Positions 26,328 through 37,373 of a DNA stretch of 64,000 nt are shown piece by piece (the stretch's first letter is position 1; the number at the start of each line of letters is the position of its first letter). The position numbers and the translations under genes are program-made. Source of the DNA: Lytechinus pictus (Eukaryota); the NCBI RefSeq assembly GCF_037042905.1, contig NC_087245.1, forward strand, positions 11,286,001 through 11,350,000. Reading direction: 5' to 3'. The notes beneath the pieces are model-generated. The model saw only the letters and a program-made list of their open reading frames with translations, did no database searches and was not told the DNA's origin.

Positions 26328-27633
26328 ATGATGAACAAAACAAAATATTCATTGTAATTTTTTAAAGAATAAATGAAAATTGTATAATAAAAAAGCTTTG
26401 AGAATATTTTTGTGTCGTATATAAGAGTGCATTTCCCTTGGGGTTGTGCTTGTGCATAAAACTTTAATCCCGACTACTATGAAGTGGTCTTCTTTTCATA
26501 TTCCCCACTATCTCCCTCCTTTGCCCTAGATACATAATAATTGATATACTCTGTGATATAATGCGGGACGTGTGCCCCCCCCCCTCAGCAACGCCTGGAA
26601 ATGAAGATGTAAATATGACATTTAGTGCCAAAGTCATTTTTTTCAATCGTGAAGACCCATCACCCCCTTTTTATTTGTTTATTAGTGATAATTTCACTCT
26701 TGGTCTAGACAGCAAATTAAAACAAAATCAAACCCCCGGATCAAACTACCCAACAAAGCGAATGCATTCAACTTGCTCGGTGCTCCCTCTAACTTTCACA
26801 TTTCGGACCCTTTTTTGTCTTTCTGTCACCGTATACTCCATTCTCTCCTCGCATCCATAGGCGGCGGAAGTGGAGGGGGGGGGGACGTGTCCCCCCTAAA
26901 TTTGAGGTGGGGGGACTTTCCCCCCCCCCCCCTAAATTTTTAGTTGATAACCTTTTTTTTTTTGCTTGTCAATTTTACTCCCAAAAAAAAATGGCATTTC
27001 TATATACGCCCTCCCATTTTTTTTCCCCCGAGCTGAGCTGCGGGGCTGCGTGAGCCATGCCTACGCTTGGGGAAGCTAGGGGGGGGGGGGGTCGGGAGGA
27101 TCATCAGTGAGTTGAAATTGAGAATGATATCTGCCAGGCACCATTAATCCGGCTATCTCACTTCTGCGTGATATGATGAACAAAACAAGATATTGTCTGA
27201 TGAAAGAACATCCTCTATATTGGAAATGACTCGTGCAGCCGGGGGAGATGTAACAAATTATAATGTTTAGAACACTCCCGTTTCGAGGAATGGTGCGATT
27301 ATATTCAAATGAATTCACACGTGCTCAGCAAGTGACTAGTCCAGATTATATTTTAATGATGTATTGTGCAGTACAGTATACTTGCGAAATGATACTAGCA
27401 TTCAATGTCAAGCCAGGGCAGCATGGCATTGAATACGCTCACGTGCTCGCTTTGTGATCGAGCAAGAAGTCAAAAGCTTTTTCTGTTTATAAACACAAGC
27501 ATGCTGACCCCCAAAAATCGTTTGTCTCACCCGACCGACCCTAAAACATGCCGACTTTCTCTTTTATTCAAATTCCCCCCGAAAAAAAAATTATACGCAC
27601 ACACACCCACACCGAAGGTTCGTTGATATTATT

Positions 27634-27672
<39 letters not shown>

Positions 27673-27723
27673 TGATGATAAGTTTACTTCTACCAATCGC
27701 TGTTGAGTTGTGAATATTAAACA

Positions 27724-28985
27724 TAATGAGATGAGGCAAGGCCAACTCAACAGATGACGCAGGACACCATTATTTGCTTTAGCTTTCGTCTTTTAATTGA
27801 GACTTCGTCAGAAGCGTCTGAAAAATATAAGGAGATACAACATCCAAGTTTGTTTTGCACATCAATGAATTATCACCAAGTTGAATATATTCCATAATGA
27901 CAAATTAATGAATGAACAGATAAATAAATTAATGAATAATAAATAATTAATTAAATTAAAATAATAATGACATAAATGAAAAAGACATACCTGTAATTAC
28001 AGACTATTGTGATAGTTAAGTATGACCGTATCCTATCTCGTTCTTTAGGAAAGTGGCAAAAATTGCAAAAAGAAAACATTGGTTGCTAGGTGGTGAAAGC
28101 GCAAAGCGCATTGGTAATGCGCATAAAATTTATGTCACAATGAGTATGAATATTCATGATATTAGATATCGTAAGCTGGAGGATGATGACGAAAACATTG
28201 TTTCTTACAAGCATAGTATTAGTAATCAAATCTCTATGAAACGATATAAATTTTGAAATCAAATCGAGTAAAGATTATAAATAAAATTGTTGATAATTCG
28301 CGTAATGACCAAAAGTCTCACTTCTCAAGCTTGGGTCATCTAGAAAGCACTTAACAAATACATAACAATAAGTATAAAAAAATCATTTAATTAGTGACAC
28401 TGATGTAACAAATGTGACCATGCACATCAATGAATTATCACCAAGTTGAATATATTCCATAATGACAAATTAATGAATGAACAGATAAATAAATTAATGA
28501 ATAATAAATAATTAATTCAATTAAAATAATAATGATATAAATGAAAAAGACATACCTGTAATTACAGACTATTGTGATAGTTAAGTATGACCGTATCCTA
28601 TCTCGTTCTTTAGGAAAGTGGCAAAAATTGCAAAAAGAAAACATTGGTTGCTAGGTGATGAAAGCGCAAAGCGCATTGGTAATGCGCATATAATTTATGT
28701 CACAATGAGTATGAATATTCATGATATTAGATATCGTAAGCTGGAGGATGATGACGAAAACATTGTTTCTTACAAGCATTAAATTAAATCTCTATGAAAC
28801 GATATAAATTTTGAAATCAAATTGAGTAAAGATTATAAATAAAATTGTTGATAATTCGCGTAATGACCAAAAGTCTCACTTCTCAAGCTTGGGTCATCTA
28901 GAAATCACCTAACAAATACATAACAATAAGTATTAAAAATAATTTAATCATTTAATTAGTGACACTGATGTAACAAATGTGACCC
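27724..28985 (-). repeat. 3' pseudo-LTR region with 565-bp tandem duplication
   Basis: TGCACATCAATGAATTATCACCAAG starts at both 27856 and 28421. The units differ by only a few SNPs/indels. Confidence 0.9.
27776..27815 (-). ncRNA. Minimal type-I hammerhead ribozyme (sense strand of the element)
   Basis: Minus strand reads GCTT-CTGACGA-A-GTCT-CAATTAAA-AGAC-GAAA-GC-TA-AAGC: core CUGANGA and GAAA, helix I GCUU/AAGC, helix II GUCU/AGAC, palindromic AGCU helix III, UA cleavage site. Confidence 0.85.
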
Positions 28986-29010
28986 ACGATTGAGGTTAAT
29001 TAGAAAATAT

Positions 29011-30207
29011 CTATTCTTCTACATTGATGCCGTTTGGTACAAGTGTCTTAAGTTTCAGAATCCAATATGACTCTCGTTTGAGTATGATTGATTCATGCTG
29101 TTTTCTGATAAGTTCTATTCCTACAATTTGAATATCATCTGTGGAATGATTATCAGAACTGAAGTGGGCAGCAATTGGGATTTCCTTGCGTCTACTCGTG
29201 TGATATTTCTTTATGTCTGATCGTGTGTTGCACATTCTTGTGTACAGTGTATTAGTAGTCTTCCCGACATACTGTTTGTTGCAGCGTTTGCAAGTAATGA
29301 GATATAATACCCATGAAGATTTGCAATTGATTTGCTGAGTAATTGGGAATTTCTCTCCTGTTACTGTGCTTACGAAATATTTAGTGTTCAACATGAATGG
29401 ACAGATACAACATTTCTTAGCTTCGCATTTGGATGAGCCCATGTGTTCACTCTGATTGTTTTCAGAGTTGACTGAAACACGGGACGATACTAATAAGTCT
29501 TGAAGAGAGCGGCATCGTCTAAATGCGATAAGGGGTGGTTCTGGAAATATTTCCTTTGTCACTTCAGATTGATGAAGAATGTCCATGTGTTTGCGAGCAA
29601 TTTGGGCAACTTTACGCAGGTTGGGGTGATAGGTGAGCACAAGAGGTGTTCTCTTCATTGTTTTGTCTTTCTTCTTATAATGTAAGAGGTTTTCCCGAGG
29701 GATTTCTTTAGCCTTGTTGATGGCTTTGCTCACTGAATGGGGATTGTAATTACGTCTCTGGAGATGTTCTTGCAGATCTGCGATACTAGATTCAAAGTTG
29801 GCTTCTTCGGAACAAATGCGCCTTATTCGGATTGACTGGCTATAAGGAATGCTATTGAAAACATGGTGTGGGTGAGATGAATCGGGAAGAAGATAAGCAT
29901 GGGTGTCCGTCGGTTTGGAGTAGAGAGAAGTTTGTAGAACGTTCTCTTTCATGTAAAGTAGAACATCAAGGAAGGAAACTTGAGAGTTAGATGTTTCAAA
30001 CGTGAATTTGATTGTTGGATGGAATGAATTGGCAGCTTGGATAAATTGGTCAAGAGACTCCCTGTTTCCAGACCAGAGAAAATTAATATCGTCAATGTAT
30101 CTACACCAGGATGATCTGTAAGGCTGTTGTGAGACTGAGGAGAGAAGTTTCTCTTCTAAGTCTGCCATAAAGATATTGGCATAAGAGGGTGCAACTGGAG
30201 TGCCCAT
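29011..30207 (-). CDS. Penelope-like polyprotein fragment: C-terminal RT (YIDD), thumb, Cys-rich linker, GIY-YIG endonuclease; 5'-truncated
   Basis: MGTPVAPSYANIFM, WCRYIDD, HPTIKFT, FLDV, KPTD..Y....S.HP; CEAKKCCIC linker; VLYLITCKRCNKQYVGKT; RESYWI..L.T..P.G.N terminus. The first 19 aa of the track ORF (30208-30264) come from the inverted pLTR. Confidence 0.92.
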   Translation of the reverse strand: MGTPVAPSYANIFMADLEEKLLSSVSQQPYRSSWCRYIDDINFLWSGNRESLDQFIQAANSFHPTIKFTFETSNSQVSFLDVLLYMKENVLQTSLYSKPTDTHAYLLPDSSHPHHVFNSIPYSQSIRIRRICSEEANFESSIADLQEHLQRRNYNPHSVSKAINKAKEIPRENLLHYKKKDKTMKRTPLVLTYHPNLRKVAQIARKHMDILHQSEVTKEIFPEPPLIAFRRCRSLQDLLVSSRVSVNSENNQSEHMGSSKCEAKKCCICPFMLNTKYFVSTVTGEKFPITQQINCKSSWVLYLITCKRCNKQYVGKTTNTLYTRMCNTRSDIKKYHTSRRKEIPIAAHFSSDNHSTDDIQIVGIELIRKQHESIILKRESYWILKLKTLVPNGINVEE

Positions 30208-30976
30208 ATTCATTAATTTATTTATCTGTTCATTCATTAATTTGTCATTATGGAATATATTCAACTTGGTGATAATTCATTGATGTGCATGGTCACATTT
30301 GTTACATCAGTGTCACTAATTAAATGATTTTTTTATACTTATTGTTATGTATTTGTTAAGTGCTTTCTAGATGACCCAAGCTTGAGAAGTGAGACTTTTG
30401 GTCATTACGCGAATTATCAACAATTTTATTTATAATCTTTACTCGATTTGATTTCAAAATTTATATCGTTTCATAGAGATTTGATTACTATGCTTGTAAG
30501 AAACAATGTTTTCGTCATCATCCTCCAGCTTACGATATCTAATATCATGAATATTCATACTCATTGTGACATAAATTTTATGCGCATTACCAATGCGCTT
30601 TGCGCTTTCACCACCTAGCAACCAATGTTTTCTTTTTGCAATTTTTGCCACTTTCCTAAAGAACGAGATAGGATACGGTCATACTTAACTATCACAATAG
30701 TCTGTAATTACAGGTATGTCTTTTTCATTTATGTCATTATTATTTTAATTTAATTAATTATTTATTATTCATTAATTTATTTATCTGTTCATTCATTAAT
30801 TTGTCATTATGGAATATATTCAACTTGGTGATAATTCATTGATGTGCAAAACAAACTTGGATGTTGTATCTCCTTATATTTTTCAGACGCTTCTGACGAA
30901 GTCTCAATTAAAAGACGAAAGCTAAAGCAAATAATGGTGTCCTGCGTCATCTGTTGAGTTGGCCTTGCCTCATCTC

Positions 30977-30980
<4 letters not shown>
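30207..30980 (+). repeat. Inverted 5' pseudo-LTR copy
   Basis: Near-identical reverse complement of 27724-28503. Confidence 0.9.
30889..30928 (+). ncRNA. Minimal type-I hammerhead ribozyme (inverted copy)
   Basis: GCTTCTGACGAAGTCTCAATTAAAAGACGAAAGCTAAAGC. Confidence 0.85.
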
Positions 30981-31031
<51 letters not shown>

Positions 31032-31138
31032 TGTGTGTGAGGGTGTGGGTGTGTGTGCGTGTGTGTGGGGGTGTATTATAAACATTCGAACCTTCGGAAT
31101 TACGTATGTCAAGCGATAAAATTGGCAAATGGTCAGAC

Positions 31139-31162
31139 CATAGAGCTATTAATAGCTCTATG
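31139..31162. mobile_element. 24-bp perfect palindrome with 7-bp TSD (6/7 match)
   Basis: GTCAGAC|CATAGAGCTATTAATAGCTCTATG|GTCAGGC. Confidence 0.7.
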
Positions 31163-31668
31163 GTCAGGCCATGCGATAGAACATTGTCTATCATACTGAA
31201 AACATTTCCACTACAGAGATAGGAGCTCTTTCATAATTCGATTGACCCTATTTTTGCTCCTCCATTACTGCAAACAAACAATTTTTTAAGGTCACATTTT
31301 GACAATTGTTCGCTATTGTAACCTGGCACATAAATCATGGTAAAAAAAATAATGAAACTAAGAATTCAAAATATGAGTCGCTTTAAATGCCAGCATTGGT
31401 ATTGTTTCGTCCAATGTAGGAGACCATTGATCCTCAACACTAATAGAAACATGTATTGAAAATATAATTTTGGCAGGCATATCACCCTTAACTAATCTTT
31501 TTTACACGCTGTGTATTAGTAGATAAACATACAGAGGGAGAGAGAGGGGGAAGAAAAGAGGACAAGGGAGGGATGATGAAGAAAGGGGAGAGAGGGAGTG
31601 AGAGAGACTCCAGGATTATAGGGAAGTGGGGGGTTAGACTTGGCTGCTAGTGAGATAGATAGATCTAC

Positions 31669-32469
31669 AGGGCAAGTCGACACCAAAAAAAAGTTGGTTT
31701 GACTAAAAAAAAAATCAAACAAGCATAAGATTGAAAATTAAGCAAAATCGGATTTAAAATAAGAAAGTTATGACATTTACAAGTTTCGCTTGATTTCACA
31801 AAACGGTTATATTCACATCCTGGTCGGTATGAAATTAAAGAGACTGATGTCAATATTAGCTATTTCTTTTATTATGATTATATGAAATATTTAAAATTTC
31901 TCCTTATTGTCATGTGAAACAAAGTTTTATTCCTCTCTGAACATGCCGAATCAGTATATGGTCACACAACTAAGAGGGTCCTTAATGTATGATCTGTAGA
32001 AATTTAAAATCTATGTACAGTATATATCAGTTTCATAAAATAAAAAGCAAAGGAAATAGAGAATGAGTTACAATGATCGTCACTCCCATTTGCACACTGC
32101 AAAAACGCCGGTGTTAATTTAACACCAGCCTGGTATCTATATCGGTCCACACCAGAGAGGTGTTGAAACAACACCTGTTTGGCGTTAGGCTTACACCAAT
32201 TTAGCATTTAAGCAACACCAATTAGTGTTAAACCAATATCGGTTTGATTCTTAACTGTTGTTGTCTCAACACCTCTCCGGTGTGGACTGATATAACACCG
32301 GCGTTTTTACAGTGCATATATATTTACTGAGTTGTGCTGTTTGCGAAAATATAAGCGAAATTTCAAATTTTCACATTCATATTTTACATCCTATTTTAAA
32401 GAAAATTTTAGCGTAGTGCTTCTTTGATTTTTCTCAAATCATTTTTTTGTTCTGGGTTGGACTTGATCT
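31669..32469. mobile_element. Degenerate Kolobok-like MITE (family of 10628-11229) interrupted by a CACTG MITE
   Basis: Shares AAAATAAGAAAGTTATGACATT...CACATCCTGGTCGGTATG with the 10.6-kb copy and ends GGACTTGATCT|TTAA. Confidence 0.7.
32095..32314. mobile_element. CACTA/EnSpm-like MITE
   Basis: TIRs CACTGCAAAAACGCCGGTGTTA / TAACACCGGCGTTTTTACAGTG, 2-bp TSD CA, internal AACACC subrepeats. Confidence 0.75.
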
Positions 32470-32927
32470 TTAATCTAAGAGCTAACCGACAAAGGTGAGC
32501 GAGCGCCACGAGTAAGATATGTAGCGTTTCTCTTCTGCAAAATAATGTTCCTCTGCCGTAAAGGGACATGGGACAAGAATGGTTAGGTAAATGTCGGGGT
32601 AAATGTTTCAAAGGAAAAGAGGTGAACGAAATAAATGAAAGAAAAAGTGAGACTACAAAAACGGAAAGAATAGTGGTAATAAATCACGAATGAGGTTGGT
32701 GCTGTAAATGGTTTCTTGAGCAGACCCCTCCCATCCAGGGGCTCCAAAACGCTTGTAGAAGTTGGGGTGTTATACAAAATAACAATCAGATAGTAGTGTT
32801 CAGTTTTTGTACACATTTAAAGTTGAGGGGCAGGGGAGGGGCTGTAGATCCTCCACACCCGGTCCCGCGACCCTGCCTGCCCGTCTATCTGTCATGCGTA
32901 GGCCGGCCTATGATCTCGTTCATTCAG

Positions 32928-33065
32928 GGGGGCATTTCATGAAAGGACTTGTCGGATGTTTTATCCGACAGTTAACATAGGAACAGTGCCTCTCAGCCAA
33001 TCAAAATCATGGAAAGATGTCAGATCTGACAACTTGTCGGATGAAAATATTGATGAAACGCTCCC
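32928..33065. mobile_element. PIF/Harbinger-like small MITE
   Basis: CAG|GGGGGCATTTCATGAA...GATGAAACGCTCCC|CAG, 3-bp TSD. Confidence 0.6.
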
Positions 33066-33572
33066 CAGGTCAGGGCCAGCTATTTCGATAGAGGAGGGGC
33101 AAAAACGACCAAAAGGTGACTTCTCCCATTCAGGTGCTCCCTTTTTTTTCATGTTTCATTGCCTAAAAAAATTGCCCCTAGGAGCTGAGGTCGCCTTGTC
33201 TGCAGCGAGGGGGGGGGGGCAGTTACCCCCCCCCCAAAAAAAAAAATAAAAAAAAAAAGTTAAAACTTACTCTGTCAAAACCGAAATTTTTCGCAGAAAC
33301 CTTTAATTTCACTTCAGAAAATGCAAAAGCTAGCGCTCCCATTACAAGATCAGTCGCTTGAGTCCTCGCTTTCGTTTTTTTTGTTCAAACAAAAAATTGC
33401 GTACAACCATGGAAGTAAATCTCGTATAACCACCCCCCCCCCCGAATGACTTCATAGTGAAGTCAATCTCGTATTTTTTTAATGAATAAATTAGTATATC
33501 AATGAATACATATACATCACTTCAATTGATTAATTAATGTCTAAAAAATACTAACGATAGGTATCATAATAT

Positions 33573-34381
33573 AAAGAGTTTAGTTGCAAAAGGGGTTAGG
33601 TCCACTTTGGACCATTCCGAGAAAAACCATGTTTTTTTTCTCACTTATTGCAATATTCTTATGAGAAACTAAATTGTCATGATGTACTACCCTATCATGT
33701 GAACATAAAATATATAGAGTATAAAAGAAATTTACCTGTCTTCAATTTTTTTTCTATATATTTAAAAAAAATTATCACTGTGGACCTAACCCCTTTTGCA
33801 AGTATAAACTTAAATGAATCCAATCTCTTTTGATTAAAAAAGTGATTTTTCTTTGCCACTTTCATTTGAATTTCAAATTGTCTCTGGTATCATCAGAGTG
33901 ACTAAAAATTTAGAGGTTTAGAGACAGAAAACAATAAAATTTATGAAAAATTGACCTAACCCCTTTTGACAAATGAGTTCTTCAGAAGAGTTTAGTTGCA
34001 AAAGGGGTTAGGTCCACTCCAAGAAAATTCTTTTTTTTTAATTCTCCCATATTGCAATATTCTTATGCGAAACTGAATTTTCATGATACCCTACCATGAG
34101 AACATAAAATTGGGTTTAAGAGAAATCTACCTGTCTTCATATTTTTTAAGATATGGCAAAAAATTATGTGTGGACCCAACCCCTTTTGCAACTAAACTTA
34201 AATGGACCTAACCCCTTTTGAAAAAAAGTGATTATTCTTTGCCATTTTAGTTCACTCTTTAATAGGAATTTCAACTTTTCTTTAGTATCATCTAGAGCTA
34301 CTAAAAATCTATACATTAAGACATATTAAAAATCAAATTTGATGAAAAATTGACCTTACCCCTTTTGCAAGTGAGCTCTTC
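33573..34381 (+). mobile_element. Dimeric GAAGAG/CTCTTC-terminated MITE, copy 1
   Basis: Repeated TTGCAAAAGGGGTTAGGTCCA motifs, ATAT flanks, internal junction TTCTTC-A-GAAGAG near 33980. Inverted homolog at 43003-43831. Confidence 0.8.
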
Positions 34382-34490
34382 ATATACATTTAAAAAACAG
34401 ATTACACATAGTAGATATGGATGCCCCCCCCCCCCCCCCCCCCTCCATGCTGGATCTGATCAGGCCCTGGCATATCGCAAATCATCACAC

Positions 34491-36399
34491 CAGTGTTGTA
34501 GTCAAGGCATAAACCTCCAAGGCCAAGGCTTTATATACCCAAGGCCAAGGCTTCAATACCCAAGGCCGAGGCCAAGGCATGCATGGAAACCCAAGGCCAA
34601 GGCCAAGGCCTGAAAACCTCAAGGGCAAGGCCTTAATTAGGCAGCAGACATGGCACACAGGGCAAAATGTATAATAGGTGAGAGCGAGCGAACTGAGGGA
34701 GCAAAAACTTTGACCTTTGTACATGAAAAACAAAAATAAAAGGGGAATTTTTTCCCACAAGGATTTTTTCGGGGGGGGGGCAAGAGAGCACAAGTTGAAA
34801 TTTTCAAATGCTGACCTGAAAATGAGTCACTTTTAGGACTCGTGTCCGTTTCATGGTTTATTCCTGCTCACAACCCCTTTTTAATCTTCTACACTTATTT
34901 TACCTCAAAAACCGGAATAAAGAATACTAACAAAATAAATATATTCCCACTATCTCACCTCTTTACAAATATCAGAACCCCGCCCCCCCCCCCCCTCAGA
35001 AAGAGAGAGAAGTTCCACCACCAAGAACAAACTTAGAAACGGGAAAAAAGGAAAGGTAAAGGAATAATGTGATATCATTTTCTTAACATATTGTCACAAT
35101 CTATCACAAAATTAGCTTTTCTTATAGTAAGAGGGTGAAAAATATTGCTCACTCGCCCGGGGGGGCCACTTCCATTCACGAGTGGATACCATGCGCGACC
35201 ATGGGGTCTCGAAAAGCACCCTAAACACGTAATTTCCATATTCTGAAAATGCGCCCCTTAACAAGTATTGGCGTGTGAAACCCTACCCTTAACAAGTATT
35301 GGTAACAAAACGATACTCTTGGCAAATGTTCCCTGAAATGAACCCCTAAACAAGTACAGGAATGTTTTATTGTTACGGGTCCTTCGGTCGTCGGCTTTAC
35401 CTTATATTTGGTTTAGTACGACCCCGTGCACCTTCAACACCTCGCGCAAATCGGACTCTAAACACGAAGTGTTGGGGCAAAAAGGACATCCTTTATAAAA
35501 CATTTTAATTTTGTTTTATCATCCCCGCGAATTCGACCCTAAACACGTAATTTTCCTAGCAAAATAGATACCCTTTTTTCATTATTTTTGTGTTTTTGAC
35601 ACCCTTATCACGTTACGTACGTAACGTGCCCTATCGTGAAAAAGACATCCCTTTTACGTGTTTTTTTGGTCGCGCATGGTATCCACTGGTCAATGTAAGT
35701 GGCCCCCCCGGGCTCACTCGCTCACTTCAATCGCTTTCAACTTTTTGGCAGAAATTTTGCTCTATATATATATGCCATGCTTGGCCCCTCAAAACTTTTG
35801 ATTCATCATGCCATTGACATAGCCCACTGCATTTGGATATGACAAAATTGAAGATTGTGTTCAAGTTTACCAAATCTTTTCAGAATATTTAAGACTTAAA
35901 ACATTCTTCTTGGCCAGAGAAAATGATACAAGGAAAATCCTTGTTATCATTCTTTATGAAAATTGTTGTCAAAATTAGCTGTCAGATCTGTCAGAATTAT
36001 TCCTGTCATCAAATCACTGTAATCTTTATCATAATGATTATTACTATCATTATTATCATCATTATAGTCATGATTACAACACGTTACCAATAAATAATGT
36101 TATTTTTCATCATTACTGTTTTCTTTGCCACATACATGAATATGATGATAATTCTTGATGATGGTGATAATCACAATTTATGGCACTGCTAGTACACTTA
36201 CTACTGCTGACTGGAAGTAGTGCCATTGAATTTACAGAACAATTACTAATAACATAATAACATTTATAATTACTTAATATATATATAAAAACAAATGAAA
36301 GTAAAAAAAACACAAAATGCCTTGAAAAAGCTTTGAAAATGCCTTGAAATTTCAAGGCTCCTCAAGGCCAAGGCCGAGCATCAAGGCACTACAACACTG
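34491..36399. mobile_element. Non-autonomous hAT-like element with (CCAAGG)n subterminal repeats
   Basis: TIRs CAGTGTTGTAGT / ACTACAACACTG, perfect 8-bp TSD CATCACAC. Confidence 0.85.
35156..35712. mobile_element. CCCGGGGGGGCCACTT-terminated MITE nested in the hAT-like element
   Basis: ~45-bp TIRs including GTGGATACCATGCGCGACCA, perfect 8-bp TSD CTCACTCG. Confidence 0.85.
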
Positions 36400-37189
36400 C
36401 ATCACACATTACGTACACATGGCCTTCGTTTTTTTTAAATCGCGAACTCAAATCATAAACAGACTTTTGTTTATATTGTTGTGGAAATCCGGGAACCCAA
36501 TGTCACAAATGTGACCTATATTTTTCCGGGCGACCGTTCTAAAAATAAACGCAATTAATCCCCGGGCAAATCCCATCGTTGCCTATGAGAGCCAAGACAG
36601 CCAAGCTAAATTTGTACGAATTGTTCTTTGTATAGGAGCTGAGGAACTCAGATAATTAAATTTTATATGTGACATCGAATGAATTACACTGATGTTTTCC
36701 GAATTTGACATTCAGTAAAGCAGCCAGCTCTTGGAGCTCACATAAAATTATCGAGGTTGAAATCTCACTGCCCAGCACTGCACTGCACTGCATACGAAGT
36801 TGGACATGACGAATGCAATTTATGGGGTTTTGTCTTTGGTCCTTGGCAGCAAAACCTTTCGGTTAATGTAGTTTGGGTAGTAGTGGACAAATATTTTTAG
36901 TAAATAGGGCTTTATCACTTGCAAAAATATTCAAGAAGCAATGTTATTGATTCAAATCTTTTGATTTGTCCCACTTCGATATGTGATTAAAATGTACACC
37001 CCCTACTATATGAATGAATGGGTCCGCTGATCATAACTTTCCCACGTGCAGTCGAGTTGAGTGCATGAGTGACTTGCATGCTCACAACACGCAGAAGGTG
37101 ATCAGCTGTTTGCTTGACCTGGGAATTGCGAAACTTCATCTCGTGCACGCATTAATTGTATGAACAATGTGTTCGCACGCATGTAAACA

Positions 37190-37373
37190 CAGGAGTATCA
37201 GAGAGACGAGCTCAGCTAAAGGTTATTTAGCTGCCAAGTTACAGAAGACGAAATTATCAAATTTGAGTGTTTGCTTTCTCCAGTCTATACCACAACAAAA
37301 TTCCATTGAACCACACTTAAGACGTTTCTGATGTTATGGTCCGAAGTCTATTGATTCTTTAACATATGATTTG
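37190..37373 (+). promoter_or_regulatory. Putative promoter region / non-coding first exon of MS4A-like paralog 2
   Basis: CpG-containing segment ending at a consensus donor TTG|GTAAGT (37374). The next coding exon has an acceptor at 42228 upstream of its ATG. The start coordinate is approximate. Confidence 0.4.

Larger units (their letters stand above)
27670..30980 (-). mobile_element. Penelope-like retrotransposon (Neptune-type), 5'-truncated, with tandem 3' pLTRs and an inverted 5' pLTR
   Basis: RT + GIY-YIG ORF. 27724-28503 is inverted at 30207-30980. 565-bp direct repeat at 27856-28420 / 28421-28985. Both ends abut (TA)n. Confidence 0.93.

Noticed and set aside
28053..28256. Duplicated 65-67 aa ORF (also 30454-30651)
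   Set aside because: Antisense within the pLTR repeat, GTG start, and altered by indels in the second tandem unit.
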